Assembly (NCBI RefSeq): GCF_004010195.1
Contig: NC_057755.1
Span: 9,589,306 to 9,648,931, forward strand
Length of the DNA stretch: 59,626 nt
Direction of reading: 5' to 3'
DNA from: Chiloscyllium plagiosum
Lineage: Eukaryota
The notes under the pieces are model-generated. The model was not told the DNA's origin. It worked only from the letters and a program-made list of their open reading frames with translations, and searched no databases. Position numbers and translations under genes: made by a program. Below, in pieces: positions 23,157 to 35,790 of this stretch; position 1 is the stretch's first letter; every line of letters begins with the position of its first letter.

Positions 23157-23800
23157 GTGGTGTAGTTCACTGTCTTGTTCATGTTTGATCTAGATGCAGC
23201 CATATGTTGTGAGAATCTGAAAGCAAAGAATTGCAGCTGGAGGACGATATCAGCAACTATATTTAACAACACTGCTGTGGTTTACCGTGTGAAAATAACT
23301 TTTTGTTTTTCATATGAATCTGAACAAGTAATAGAACATGTCCAGTTTGATTTTTTTTTTCTTTTCCAGCAGGTGCAGCATTCTCCTGGATGCAAAGTAC
23401 CTGAACTGTTTGTCTTCCATTTTGTTTGGTATTCTTGAGCAATTCCTTGACAGTCATACGTATTGTAGTCGCCAAAATAGCTCGCAGGGCCATCCGTGTG
23501 TGCAAAAGGGAAGGGGAGAATCGAAGGAAGTTCCTTACTTTACTCTTCGTGAAATTGGGCAACTTTATTGTTCTGTGAATGACACTAGCTACAAGGGCAA
23601 TAGACACTGCAAGTTATCAAAGTGATTATGCAGCTCATGCCTACATTTTCAGTGAATCAGGCTTTATGTTCACGTCATTAAATTCATGTACCAACGAGTG
23701 CATTTATGCAAACTACACAATACATATATTCAGGCAAGAGGTGAAGAAAGTATTGACATCTGCTTCGCCGTGTATTCTTGTATTAGTTAAGCGAAATTAA
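23157..23800 (+). pseudogene. GPCR pseudogene exon 2, 3' part (TM3 to C-terminus)
   Basis: *FTVLFMFDLDAAICCENLKAKNC, AGAAFSWMQST*TVCLPF and ATRAIDTASYQSDYAAHAYIFSESGFMFTSLNSCTNECIY...FRQEVKKVLTS align with ORF 36562-37467. AATAAA at 24062-24067. Confidence 0.9.
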
Positions 23801-24169
23801 AAGTGATAAATGTCATATACCTTGGCTGAATGTGTTGTCCTGTCTCAGAAAATTATCATGAAGTGATCTGAATCACTTGCATTTCACATTCCTCAGTTAA
23901 AATCTGAATGGTTGAAAAAAATGATGAAAACTGTGTATAATTGCATACCGTTTCTTAGAAATTATGTTCGATGTCTTGTGTGAAGTTACATGATGGAATT
24001 TTTTCGCATTTTCTGTGCACCATGCAAATTTACCAGAAATGCAGGGGCAAGATTCTGCTCCAATAAACTCAGACACTCTGGTGGTCAGAAAGGGAATGAA
24101 CAGATTTTGTTAGGTCTCTCTGCCATGCTGCGCAGTTCATGGATCTCCAACAGATGAAAAACTGATTGA

Positions 24170-24900
24170 TTGATTAATTGATTATCACATGAAACTGAAT
24201 ATGTTTAGTAGCAGTACACGCACATCATAACGAGCAAGGATATGCAAGTCACAGAAGGAAAACAAGCAAAGTGGTAGAGACATACAGGTTACATAGCACT
24301 GAGTGTGCTAGGCACGATCAACATTAGCCAGTTCAACGTTACTTGAATTTGAAGAGTGTATTCATCACTTTAATAACGGCAAGGAAGAAGATGTTCTTGA
24401 AACTTGTGTTATGGGTGTTCAAGCTTCTGTATATTCTGCCTGACAGAATAGTTTGTAGGACAGCATTGCCGAGGTGGGATGGATGTTTGTTGATAGTGGC
24501 AACCTTTCTGTGGCAACGATAAGTGTAAATGGACTCTATGCATTGAAAGTTGGCTTCCGTGAAAGTCTGGGCTGTTCACACCACCCTCTATAGTTTCTCT
24601 CAGTCCTGCGATGAACAAATGCCATTGCAGGTTGTTATGCACCCGGACATTATGCTTTCAACAGAGAATCTCTCGATTTTGGTGATGGTCCTTATGGACC
24701 TGCGGAGTTTCCTGAGCCACTTGAGGAAGAAGACATGTTGTGCTTTCTGTACCATCGAATCCACGTGGCAATGCAGGTTGTCGATTACCGTCACTCCTCA
24801 GAACGTGGTGCACTCTATCTTCTCAACTTCAACAGATAGAAGCCTGTTCTCCTCTCTTCCTTCTGAAGTCAGTTATGAGTGCTTTATTGTTCGCCGATGT
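24170..24900 (-). mobile_element. Rex1/Babar-type LINE 3' fragment
   Basis: ORF 24600-24794 (QKAQHVFFLKWLRKL...IERFSVESIMSGCITTCNG) matches the conserved Rex1 C-terminal motif KKAQQRLFFLRRL...IESILSGCITAWYG. Confidence 0.8.
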
Positions 24901-25544
24901 TCAGAGAGGAATTCTTCTCATCGTATCACATTCACGATGGCTCTAAGTGCACTAAGACAGAGATATGTGATGATGCTGTCACTTTGTAAGGTTATTTTGT
25001 TCATTTTCTTTTGTGAGACGAGGTTTTTAGACAGAACTGAAGTATTAGCTACTGAAGATGACGTGTGTAAACAATTTGTGACACCTTGATTTTGTTTTAT
25101 ATATCCTGAACGTGCTTGGTGAGAGCTCACAGATCCAGATTTCTCGGTGTAATCTTTTTCAGTACATCAGAAACTCCTGGGGCGTCAAAAAAAGTTTTGA
25201 AGCATTAGTGAATGTCCCCTGACTGGTAAAATGCTGAACTTTGCTTGATGATTATTTTTTCACCTGGGATTTACTACTGCTTGTAAGAATTTGTGTCTAA
25301 ATGCATCTTTTTTGCCAAGAGGTGTGTTTGTGGGATATTACTGGAAGAGATAATTAGTAACAACTGCCGTATCCCTTGTTTGGTTATCTGTCTTTAACTG
25401 TTTTAGCTTTAGTGTTTCAGTACATTGTGTTTTGCTTAAAGCTGAGTAGTTTGATTTAGTAGCATCTTTAACGTGATACTTCATATCTACCTTGCTAATA
25501 AGGTCTAGGAAACCTTCTTTACTGTTTTAGCTTTATACATTCAC

Positions 25545-25770
25545 TAGGTGGAGGTATTGCTAGGGTAGGCAGCCTTTATTACCTATCTCTAACTTCACAG
25601 AGGTAGTTAAGAGTCAACGGTATTGTTGCAATTCTGGAGTCACAGGTAGGCCAGACTAGGGAAGGATGGCCTATTCCTTCCCTAAAGAAGACTAATAAAC
25701 CAGATGTTTTTATTTTCAACAACAGACTACGGATACGTGGTCATCATTAGAATCTTAATTCCGTGTTTTT
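25545..25770 (-). mobile_element. SINE-like interspersed repeat; second copy at about 36000-36280
   Basis: Both loci share ctggagtcacaggtaggccagac...gatggc...ttccttcc...a(a)ccagatg. Confidence 0.55.
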
Positions 25771-25794
25771 GAAAGGTTCTTGTCTGGTCCATAA

Positions 25795-27485
25795 CACATA
25801 AAATCATAGAGATGTACAGCAAGAAAACAGACCCTTCGGTACATGCCGAACAGATATCCCAACTCAATCTGGTGCCACCGGCCAGCATCCGGCCCATATC
25901 CCACCAAACCCTTCCTATTCATATACCCATCCAAATGCCTCTTAAATGTTGCAATTGTACTAGCCTCCAACACTTCATCTGGCAGATCATTCCACCTGTG
26001 TGAAAAGGTTGCTCCTTAGGTCTCTTTTATATCTTTCCCCTCTCACCCTAAACCTATGCCCGCTAGCTCTGGACTACCTGACCCTAGGGAAAAGGCTTTG
26101 TCTATTTATCTTATCCATGCCCCTTATAATTTTTTATACCTCTATAAGGTCACCCCTCAGCCTCCGACGCTCCAGGGAAAACAGCCCCAGCCTGCTCAGC
26201 CTCTCCCTATAGCTCAAATCCTTCAACCCTGGCAACATCCTTGTAAAACTTTTCTGAACCCTTTCAAGTTTCACAACAGTTTTCCGGTAGGAAGGAGACC
26301 AGAATTGCATGCAATATTACACCAGTGGTCTAACCAATGTCCTGGACAGCTGCAACATGACCTACCAACTCCTGTACTCAATACTCTGACCAAAAAAGGA
26401 AAGCATACCAAACGCTTTCTTCATTATCTTATCTACCTGCGAGTCCACTTTCAAGGAGCTATGAACCTTCACTCCAAGGTCTCTTTGTTCATCGACACTT
26501 CTGATGAATTTACCATTAACTGTATAAGTCCTGCTAAGATTTGCTTTCCCAAAATGCAGCACCTCGCATTTATCTGAGTTGAACTCCATCTACCACTTTT
26601 CGGCCCATTGGCCCATCTGATCAAGATTGTGTTGTAACCTGAGGTAACCCTCATCACTGTCCACAACACCTCCAATTTTGATGTCATCTTCAAACTTACT
26701 ACTGTACCTCTTATACTCACATCCAAATCATTTATGTAAATAACAAAAAGTAGTGGACCCAGCAACGATCCTTGTGGCACTCCACTGCTCACAAGCCTCC
26801 AGTGTGAAAAGCAACTCTCCACCATCCACTCTCTGTCTTCTCTTTCTGAGCCAGTTCTGCATCCGAATGGCTAGTTCTCTTTTTTATCGTGAGACCCAAC
26901 CTTGCTAACCAGTCTCCCATGCGGAACCTTGTCGAACGCCTTAGTGAAGTCTATATAGATTACATCTACCGCTCTGCCCTCATCAATCCTCTTTGTTAAT
27001 TCCTCAAAAAACTTCATCAAGTTTGTGAGACATGATTTCCCACGCACAAAGCCATGTTGACTATCCATAATCAGTCCTTGCCTTTCCAAATACATATACC
27101 CCCTCTCCCTCAGGATTTCCTCCAACAAATTGCCCCCCACTGACATCAGGCTCACTGGTCTATAGTTCCCTGGCTTGTCCTTATCATCCTTCTAAAACAG
27201 TGGCACCACGTTAGCCAACCTCTAGTCTTCCAGCACCTCACTTGTGACTATCGATGATACAAATATCTGAACAAGACGCCCAGCAATGACTTCTCTAGCT
27301 TCCCACTGAGTTCTGGGGTACATACGATCGGGTCCTGGGGATTTATCCACCTTTATGCGATTCAAGACATCCAACACTTCCTCCTCTGTAATTTGGACGT
27401 TTGCAATGTGTCGCCATCTATTTCACTACTTTCTTTCATATCATTTTCGACAGTAAATACTGATGCAAAATATTCGTTTAGTATC
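25795..27485 (-). mobile_element. 5'-truncated CR1 LINE (RT plus 3' end)
   Basis: [40 protein letters not shown] and MEFNSDKCEVLHFG. Confidence 0.92.
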
Positions 27486-27599
27486 CAATCGTTATGGATT
27501 ATAGACTTTTCATAATTATAAATCTTCCCAAGTCAGTGGAAATTGCAGGAAGCAGCATTGTGTGACAACAAGTGCAAGAGAAGTACTTCCAGGGTGAAT

Positions 27600-28330
27600 G
27601 ACACAGTTAGCAAAAGTCATGACAGTGTTTCAGGAAGACGCTGTAAAAGTTTCAAATCAATTAACCTTAGTTAAACTCCCAAGTCAGGGGTTCACATGAC
27701 TCCCCGCCTGGTGTTCACGGAGCATTGACTTGCTTTGTGTTTGCCTTCAGACGGCATACATCATCCAAATTCGACCAATGTTCCTGACTTGGATCAACGA
27801 TCAAATTGCTAAGTTAGTGAAGTCACAAAGATTTCAGAACCAAGTCAGGAAATCTCACAGGCCTCCCCATTCCTAAAAGTGTAGTAGCGATGCTGTGGCG
27901 GAAGAATGATGTTTTGAAGATAAGGGGAGGTTTTGATTCACTGTAGGAGATCACGTAATGGAACGTTTATGGCGAAGGTCTTCCTGTTCTCATGTATCAT
28001 TTATGGATTTTTTTTTCGGTAAGGCATATTAGCAAGACAGAGAGTGCTGTGCAATGGGATGGCATAAAAATCAAAAAGATTTTCAGTCTGGCGCCGTTTA
28101 CATTGTTTAGCATTATAGAGCTCAACTGGTTTGGAGAGATGAGAAGTTTCACATCACTTGGTAACTATTGAATTTTGATTTCAGAACGGCATACATTATA
28201 GGTTAGCGTGTAATATAGACATTAAGGATGGTTGCTGCAATGGATAAGACAAGGTAAGTGATGTGCTAAGGTCTAAACAGTGTACTCAAAGCATATAAAG
28301 GAGATATCTTAAACCCCTAACTTTACCTTA
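27600..28330 (+). repeat. Non-TE intergenic block duplicated at about 45500-46260
   Basis: Collinear matches: agcattgactt...ttcaga, gctgtgg(c)ggaag, actgtagga, tggttt...agat, ttgaattt...ttagcgt, tgctcaaa/tactcaaa. Confidence 0.6.
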
Positions 28331-30116
28331 TTAAAGGCAAGTGCAAGTTTTTTTTTTGCAATGCAGATGTGCTTTTATTGCTCAAACTATTGCTTTGAGC
28401 AAATCACACTTTATTCTTACACTGTAGTGAAAATGCAAACCGTTGCGGAGAGGTATCGAAGAGCCGTCTTGAAACCTGTTTTCAGAAGTAAAATCAATCG
28501 TTATTCTAGCTCTTTTTGCCAATCGTGCAGGAAAGGCCACAGAGCACTCTGAACCTGTCTTTGATGTGGGGCCAAGTTGACCTCCTAATATCTGACTCAC
28601 ATCAGAAGAGAGATCTGTGTAGCTCTCGTGTCCCCAATAGGATACATGATTTTTAAACATTTCAAGTTATAGTAATTACATGCAACATTGGGATCGTTTC
28701 TACCCGCACCCCCCCCCCCCCCCCCCCCCCCCCACCAATCTATGCTTCCATTGCTGTAAATCACCGGATCGATGACGGGCACCCCTATGGATAATCCACT
28801 ACGGGTTTCCAGGCATCATGATACAAGGCCTGCGATCTTTCATTGCATCCCATTAATTCACATTCCAAAGTTAACGGTTTTACTCTTTTTTTCAGTATTT
28901 CCCCTGACTTGCTTACCTGTAAGGGACGTTCAAATTCTATGGTACATTATGATAATTGCAATCTCTGTCAAATTATGTTGTTCATCTTTCTTTAAAACTA
29001 CAAATCACAGGAGAATCAAAGGGACGTTAGTTCTTACTAATTGCTGTAAGATTCATAATAATGCATCTGCTGAAAATTTAGTTTTATATAAAGTTTGATG
29101 TTTGCACCTACTGTCAGAATTCTTTAACTAAAATATTGTGTGCGGCTTCTGTTCCACCTGACCTTCGAGGTTCATTTAGACACTCTTCCTCTACTTTGCA
29201 GAGGCATAACTCAATCTATTCACATGCTGCTTTATTTGACGAAATATACTACCTTTCCGCTGATTTAAACAGAAGAGACACAACAAACAGTGAGACAAAC
29301 TGTCGTACATATGATAATAAGGAAAAGACAAACACATAACCTCAACACCAAGGAGAGGGAAGCACTGAAATCACTAAGAAACGATAAGAACATAATCATA
29401 CTACCAGCAGATAAAGGCAAAATGACGGTCATCCTAGATAAATCTGATCACATCCAAAAAGCACAACAACTACTTGCAGATATCAACACCTACCAAATGA
29501 AGGAATTTGACCCCACACCACAACTCACCAATAGGATAAATAACACACTAAGGAATCTACAAAAAAACGGACAGATAACCAGAGCTGACCTACAAAGAAT
29601 GAAACCGGAAAGCAACAACACCCCCAAATTCTATGGATTACCTAAAGTACACAAACCAGACATCCCACTCAGACCCATCGTATCACTGCCAGGGACATCA
29701 TCATACAAACTGGCCAAAGAATTACAACAGAAACTGAAACACCTGGTCAGCGGATCCAAACACTCGATACAATCAACACAGGAATTCTTGGACATCATCA
29801 GAAATATACACATGTTCAAAGAAGAAACCATGATATCATTCGACGTGACGGCACTGTTCACTTCGATTAACAAAACCCTAGCCAGAGAAACAATAGCCAA
29901 ACTACTGGACGTACAGAACAGAAAACAGGACGCTGAACCTATCAACAAAGAAGGCATACTTAAACTACTGGACTTGTGCCTCACAACACACTTCACATTC
30001 AACAACCAGATATACGAACAAATCAACAGAACACCCATGGGATCACCAATCTCGGGACTCATAGCAGAGGCAGTTATGCAAAGGTTAGAACAAACAATCC
30101 TACCACAAATTCAACC

Positions 30117-30479
30117 NNNNNNNNNNNNNNNNNNNNNNNNNNNNNNNNNNNNNNNNNNNNNNNNNNNNNNNNNNNNNNNNNNNNNNNNNNNNNNNNNNNN
30201 NNNNNNNNNNNNNNNNNNNNNNNNNNNNNNNNNNNNNNNNNNNNNNNNNNNNNNNNNNNNNNNNNNNNNNNNNNNNNNNNNNNNNNNNNNNNNNNNNNNN
30301 NNNNNNNNNNNNNNNNNNNNNNNNNNNNNNNNNNNNNNNNNNNNNNNNNNNNNNNNNNNNNNNNNNNNNNNNNNNNNNNNNNNNNNNNNNNNNNNNNNNN
30401 NNNNNNNNNNNNNNNNNNNNNNNNNNNNNNNNNNNNNNNNNNNNNNNNNNNNNNNNNNNNNNNNNNNNNNNNNNNNNNN
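30117..30479. other. Assembly gap (363 N)
   Basis: Run of N. Confidence 1.
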
Positions 30480-30928
30480 AGGTTTTTGTTGCAAACGTTT
30501 CGTCCCCTGACTAGGCGACATATCAGTGCTTGGGAGCCTCCTTCGAAGCGCTTCTTTGGTGTTTCCTCCGGTGTTTATAGTGGTCTGTCCCTGCCGCTTC
30601 GGTTGTCAGTTTCAGCTGTCCGCTGTAGTGGTTGGTATATTGGGTCCAGGTCGATGTGTTTGTTGATGGTGTTTGTGGATGAATGCCATGCCTCTAGCAA
30701 CATGAATTCGACTGGGACAACACTACTATCATAGGGCAAGCCAGACAGAGAACAGCCAGGGAATTCCTAGAGGCATGGCATTCATTCACAAACTCCATCA
30801 ACAAACACATCGACCTGGACCCAATATACCAACCACTACAACGGACAGCTGAAACTGACAAGCGGCAGGGACAGATCACTATAAACACCGGAGTAAACAT
30901 CAAAGAAGCGCTTTGCAGGAGGCTCCCA

Positions 30929-30970
30929 AGCACTGATGATGTCGCCGAGCCAGGGGACGAAACGTTTGCA
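30929..30970 (+). ncRNA. Minimal hammerhead ribozyme motif in the PLE terminal repeat
   Basis: CTGATGA 30933-30939, stem II gtcgcc...ggggac, GAAA 30959-30962, palindromic ACGT, stem I gca/tgc. The minus-strand copy at about 30490-30530 has a 1-nt deletion in the core. Confidence 0.7.
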
Positions 30971-31649
30971 ACAAAAACTTCCAGCTCGGCGAACAGAACC
31001 ACAACAACGAGCACCCGAGCTACAAATCTTCACACAAACTTTGATTTAAACTTCTCTTTTTTACCATAACTCAACATTGTTAAGCCGACACTCTGCCACC
31101 GGAAATAAAGTTACAACTTTGCCAAACCCATCGATAGTAAGTCAACATGTGAAAGCACAACAGACCATAACAGTCATCAAAGTCGACATTCCGAAGGAGA
31201 GATACATGCTTTCAGCATAATGCCTGCCATATTACCCGTGAAATAAAATAAATCTAAGTCCTGCTCAGCTTGAGTACGTATGGACATAACAATTTATAAA
31301 CTATGCGCGGTACCAAAACTTCCAGACATCTTTAGATTTCACCCCCATTCAGAGATCATTGCTGTCCATTTGTGTTTAGAATTTCTCATTCAAATACACC
31401 TCTCCTCTTATCTAACTCACCCCCAAAAACCAGTTCATTGGTTTTCCTGAGAAGAATGTATCTACCCTTTCCTTTAAACTATGTAATGAGCTCAAATCCA
31501 TTGTGTTCAGAGACAGAAAGTTTAAAGGTCAAACAATACACAGAGATAATAAAAGGTTACTGAAGCTTTATTCGTCAAGGATTCTTAATTTCCAAACAGT
31601 GGTCAATGGTTCTGGACTGATCTACAACATGAATCGTCTACACGAACAA

Positions 31650-32380
31650 AAATCAGAAGAGCCAAATGAAGCAATTCAGGCCATCGAGTCTGCTCTGTCA
31701 GTCAATGGGATGATGCCTGATCATATAATCATCAATTCTGCTCTCTGGCCGTTCTGACATCATCCTTGATTCCTTTACTAATTAAATGTTGTCTATCTGA
31801 AGCTTGAATACATTTGATGAAACAACATTGGCAGCCCACTGCAGTAATTAATTTTACAAATTCACTAAACGCTGACAGAAGAAAATGCTTCCCATTTCCT
31901 TTTTAACTTGTGCATCATTTATTCTGAGGTTATGCCCTCTTGTTCTTGAAACACCATCCTGAGGTAACAAACTATATATAAGACCATCAGATGTAGGGTG
32001 AGAATATATACCATACAGTCCCTCGAACTTTCGCCACTACTCTTTAAAATTCGACTGATTTAGCATTCCTTTTGTTTACATTCACGTTCTTAGTACTCGC
32101 TGTTGATTTTCACACAACAATTTAATCTTAATTTCGAACCACCTTCGCCTTAATAATGTGTAAGGACTCTGCCCACACAGCACTTTGTGACATGAAGTTC
32201 TAACATCTTGTAACCTTCGGAGAGGCGAAATTACTCCTAATACCGATATTAAATTGGCGCTACTTTACTCTGGGACTATCCCCACTGCTCTGTGCATTTC
32301 CAATAAAGGGAAACATCCTCTCAGCTCTTACCTTTCCACACCCCTTAACAGTCCTGTATTTCGCAATATGATCACCTAAA
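31650..32380 (-). mobile_element. Two degenerate CR1-type 3' ends
   Basis: They resemble the reverse complement of the CR1 tail at 35450-35790 (attcaggccatcgagtctgctc; ggaaacatcctctcagc). Confidence 0.5.
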
Positions 32381-32693
32381 AGGCTTCAATTTTTTTGTGA
32401 GGTTGCATGATAAACAAATGATAAATACTTTGGTTTAAATTCATGTAATCATTAGAACTGAAAGAATCCAATACAATAAATGAGAACAATAAACTGTTTC
32501 TATTCCTCCTGGCATGTTCCAATCATTTTTGTTCTGTAATGTTATTCCAATTGTTCATTATCGTGAAAGGCGTACTTGTTATTAAGCTGCGTAACCTCCT
32601 CATGGACAAGGTGGGTGAAGTGGAGCAGTTAACACCTCTTCAGACAATGTAACTCTGAAAATGTTGCAAGATGTTTATTTTTTTCCCTCAAAC

Positions 32694-32715
32694 AGGGACA
32701 GATTGCTCTATAAAT
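32694..32715 (+). promoter_or_regulatory. TATA-containing promoter box of the intact GPCR gene
   Basis: TATAAAT at 32709-32715, 75 bp upstream of ATG 32791; 22/22 identical to the paralogous box. Confidence 0.7.
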
Positions 32716-32790
32716 AGGCAACATAACTGCACTCAAATGCAATGCACGTGAAGCCACCAATCCGGACATATTTCAGACTTTCTTCTGAGA

Positions 32791-32854
32791 ATGGTGCAGC
32801 CAATAATTCTACAGATGAAAATAATTTACTACCCTATTCTGTCTGGCATTCCTG
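32791..32854 (+). CDS. GPR139/GPR142-like class A GPCR, exon 1 (MVQPIILQMKIIYYPILSGIP, phase-1 intron)
   Basis: ATG after the TATA box, IYYPIL start of TM1, donor G|gtatgt. G plus CG from exon 2 makes Ala and restores the frame of ORF 36562. Confidence 0.8.
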
Positions 32855-32974
32855 GTATGTTAGTAATTTAGAAGCATTGGAGAATTCTAATCATGAGGTT
32901 GGAGGCCATTGACAAACAATCTGCTGCATGGATTGGATTTGTTCCTTGTTGAATGTCATTTATTTCAATGCTTT

Positions 32975-33800
32975 GAATATGACAATATGAGGGATGGCTA
33001 TCACTTGGTGGATGACACTAAAATTGGTGTTAGAGTGAGAGCGAAGAAGATTTTCTCAATGTCCATCAACTTGGTTCTCCATCATATTGGTCAGTGGGAC
33101 AAGAAGTGGCAAATGCTATTTTAATAAGTTAAATGAAAATGTGCTGCATTTTGGTACTGCAAAGCAGGGTAGGACTTGGATAGTTAATGGTGGGGGAATG
33201 TTAGTGAACAGAGTTACCTTGGGGTGCAGTACAATATGTCCTCAAAGGTTGCGTTGCATGTAGATGTGGTGTGAGGAAGACATCTATCATGTTTGCTTTT
33301 GCTGGTCAGAATATTTAATATAGACGTTGCAATGGCATGTTGGAGCTCTAGTCGATGATGTCACATATGAAATAATGTAAACAATTCTGTTCACTCTGTT
33401 AAAGAACAGAGTACTTAAACTGGGGAATTCAACTAAAAAGAAGGAAGGAAATTGCTGGATTTGCAGAGTATCAATTATATGGAGAAGCTGGTTAGTTTCG
33501 GGCATTACCTTCCCTGCAGCCCAGAAGGCTGAGGGCTGACCTTGTAGAAATTTATATAATTATCAAGTATTTCAATACAGTAAATACCAAAGGCCTTTTA
33601 CAAGTGTACGGCACTCCTAAACTGGAGGGAGCTGTTTAAAGTGAGGAGGAAAAATTTAAAGGCACCTTACGAGCAATTGTATCACAGAGATGGTAGTTCA
33701 TGCATGGAATGAGCTACTACTGGATTTAGTGGAGGTATGTACAATTATACCATTTAAAAGGCATTTGGCATAGATACATTATTAGGAAATATTTAGAAGG
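32975..33800 (+). mobile_element. Old CR1 3' fragment in the GPCR intron
   Basis: LVDDTKIG...IGQWDKKWQMLF in ORF 32909-33124; same position and start point as 14950-15860. Confidence 0.75.
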
Positions 33801-34036
33801 AAAATGTAATCTCAGTTGTCAGAATTGTACTTGCATTAGAGACAACAGAAAGCAATCTGCATACATCAATGTCATTGGAAAATGATGAAGGCATGATGGC
33901 CACGATCCTTCAGCTTGTGGAAATAGCTTATTTCTTTCGCTTTGATTTCTCTATCAAGTAGACTATTAAGTAGATTCTCATTGTTTGAGAATAAAATGGG
34001 AAGAATCACATATGATTAGTTTTAAATCTTTAGACT

Positions 34037-34165
34037 GGGAGAAAGTGAGTACACTAAATGCTGGAGATCAGAGTCGAGGGTGTGGTGCTGGAAAAATAGA
34101 GCAGGTCAGGCAGCATCCGAGCAGCAGAAGAATTGATATTTCTGGCATCATCCCTTCTTCAGGAA
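34037..34165 (-). mobile_element. Half copy of the PLE terminal repeat with a degenerate hammerhead
   Basis: gagaaagtgag...gctggagatcagag...gcaggtcaggcagcatc...cccttcttcagga matches the left half of 21450-21669. Confidence 0.7.
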
Positions 34166-34419
34166 GGGCAATACTCAGATTATGTTGACTTCATTTTTTT
34201 AATTTTTTCCCTGCGAAGGTAATATTCAGATAGAGTCATAGAGTCATAGAGATATCCAGCATGGAAACAAACGATTCGGTTCAACCCGTCCATGCCGACC
34301 ACATATACCAACCCAAACTAGTCCCACCTGCCAGCACCTGGCCCATAACCCTCCAAACCCTTTTTTTTAGTGTTTATTTAGAATGAAACATTTCTGATAT
34401 ATGAATTGTTTGATCATGG

Positions 34420-35790
34420 GTTATTATAGGCCAGTGAAACTGACATCGATGGTGAGGAAATGCTAGAATCAATTGTCAAGCATGAAATAACTGAGTCATT
34501 CTGAGTCAGCATGGATTCGCTGAAGGGAAATTATGCTTTACAAATCTTCAGATTTTTTTGAGTCTTTGACCAGTAGCTTAGACAAAACTGTATTTGGACT
34601 TTCAAAAGGCTTTTGACAAGGTTCCACGCTTGAGATTATTAAGGAAAATTAAAGCTCATGGCATCGGCGGTAATGCATTGACATGGATAGAGAAGTGACT
34701 GCCAGACAAGATGCAGAGATCTGGAAACTGCGGGTCCTTTTCAGAGTTTCAGGCAGTGACGAGTGGTGTGCCACAGGGGTCAGCATTCAGACCTCAGCTG
34801 CTCAGAATATGCATTATTGATTTGGATGAAGGAATTGAAACTCATATCTCCAAAACTTTTTGATGATATTGAGCTCTGTGGAAGATGAAGTTAAAATTCA
34901 CAGAACATCAGTGTATTCTCCATCAGGTTTATTTGGAGTACACAGTTTAGCAAAGATGCTCCTTCGTCGTGTAGCTCGGTAATCAGGAGAATAAAGAGGC
35001 TGCAGGATTAAATGAACAGGGCTGGCTAAATGGACAAATACTTGGCAAACGCAATGTCATGAGGATTATACAAATTCGTTGCAAAACAGGAAGGCGAATT
35101 ATGATATGAATGGAAGAAGTTCAGGAAATGGTGGAGTGCAACGAGACCTGTGTGTTACGGTGGAACACTCATTGAAGATTGGCATGTCGGTGCAGCAGGC
35201 AGTAAAGAAAGCTCCTGGCATGATCTCCTTCATTGCAAAACGATTTGAGTATCGGAGTAAGAACATCTTGCCGCCCTTATCCTGGTTCTTGGTGAGACCA
35301 CACCTTGAGTATAGTGTGCAGTTTTGGACTCCTAGTCTGAGGAAGGACATTCTTGTTTCTGAGGGAGTCCAGCAAAAGTTCGCCTTTCACATAAATTTCG
35401 CAGAATGAGCAGGGAGTCTTACCGAAACATACAAATTCCTGATGCGATCGCACAGGCTAGATGCAGGAAGAAAGTTTCCGATGTTGGGCATGTCCAGAAT
35501 TAGGGATAAGTGCCTAAGAATAAGGGAAAAAAATCTATTCAGGACTGATAGGAAGAAGAATTTCTTCACTCAGACAGTTTAAAACTGTGAAATTCCTTAC
35601 TCAGCAAATTGATGGGTGCAGTTGATAAGATATATTCAGGAGGGAGTGGGAGGTGGCCCTTGCAGCTAATTCGATCAACGAGTATGTAGAGAGGGTGGTA
35701 ATGGGGCACTGAGATTGCATGATCAGCCATGACCGCATTGAACGGTGGTGCAGGCACTGAAGGTCGCATAGCCCACTCTATTTTCTAGGT
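34420..35790 (+). mobile_element. Degenerate CR1 LINE RT/3' end
   Basis: cagcatggatt (QHGF), gactttcaaaaggcttttgacaaggttcca (DFQKAFDKVP) and LVRPHLEYSVQFW. Confidence 0.85.

Larger units (their letters stand above)
29271..31041 (+). mobile_element. Young Penelope-like element of a third family (Poseidon-like by inference): RT, gap, inverted terminal repeat, GIY-YIG C-terminus and terminal repeat
   Basis: Uninterrupted frame from 29290 to the gap (ILPADKG, FYGLPKVHK, LRPIVS, SFDVTALFT, PMGSPISG); HEFDWDNTTIIG...REFLEAWH at about 30700-30780; direct repeat tgatttaaac at 29261-29270 and 31042-31051. Confidence 0.92.

Noticed and set aside
22428..23272. Thr/Ser/Pro-rich ORFs resembling a mucin-like host gene
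   Set aside because: They lie inside the Penelope element and lead into its conserved N-terminal motif; the longer one is a read-through from the antisense of the GPCR pseudogene.
24600..24794. Similarity to the DUF1891/ALKBH8 N-terminal-type motif
   Set aside because: This motif is the C-terminus of Rex1-type LINE ORFs; no other ALKBH8 exons are visible.
28709..28733. C25 homopolymer, potential G-quadruplex on the minus strand
   Set aside because: A simple homopolymer of uncertain length with no supporting context.
29976..30734. Long ORFs spanning 30117-30479
   Set aside because: Their length is an artefact of the N run.
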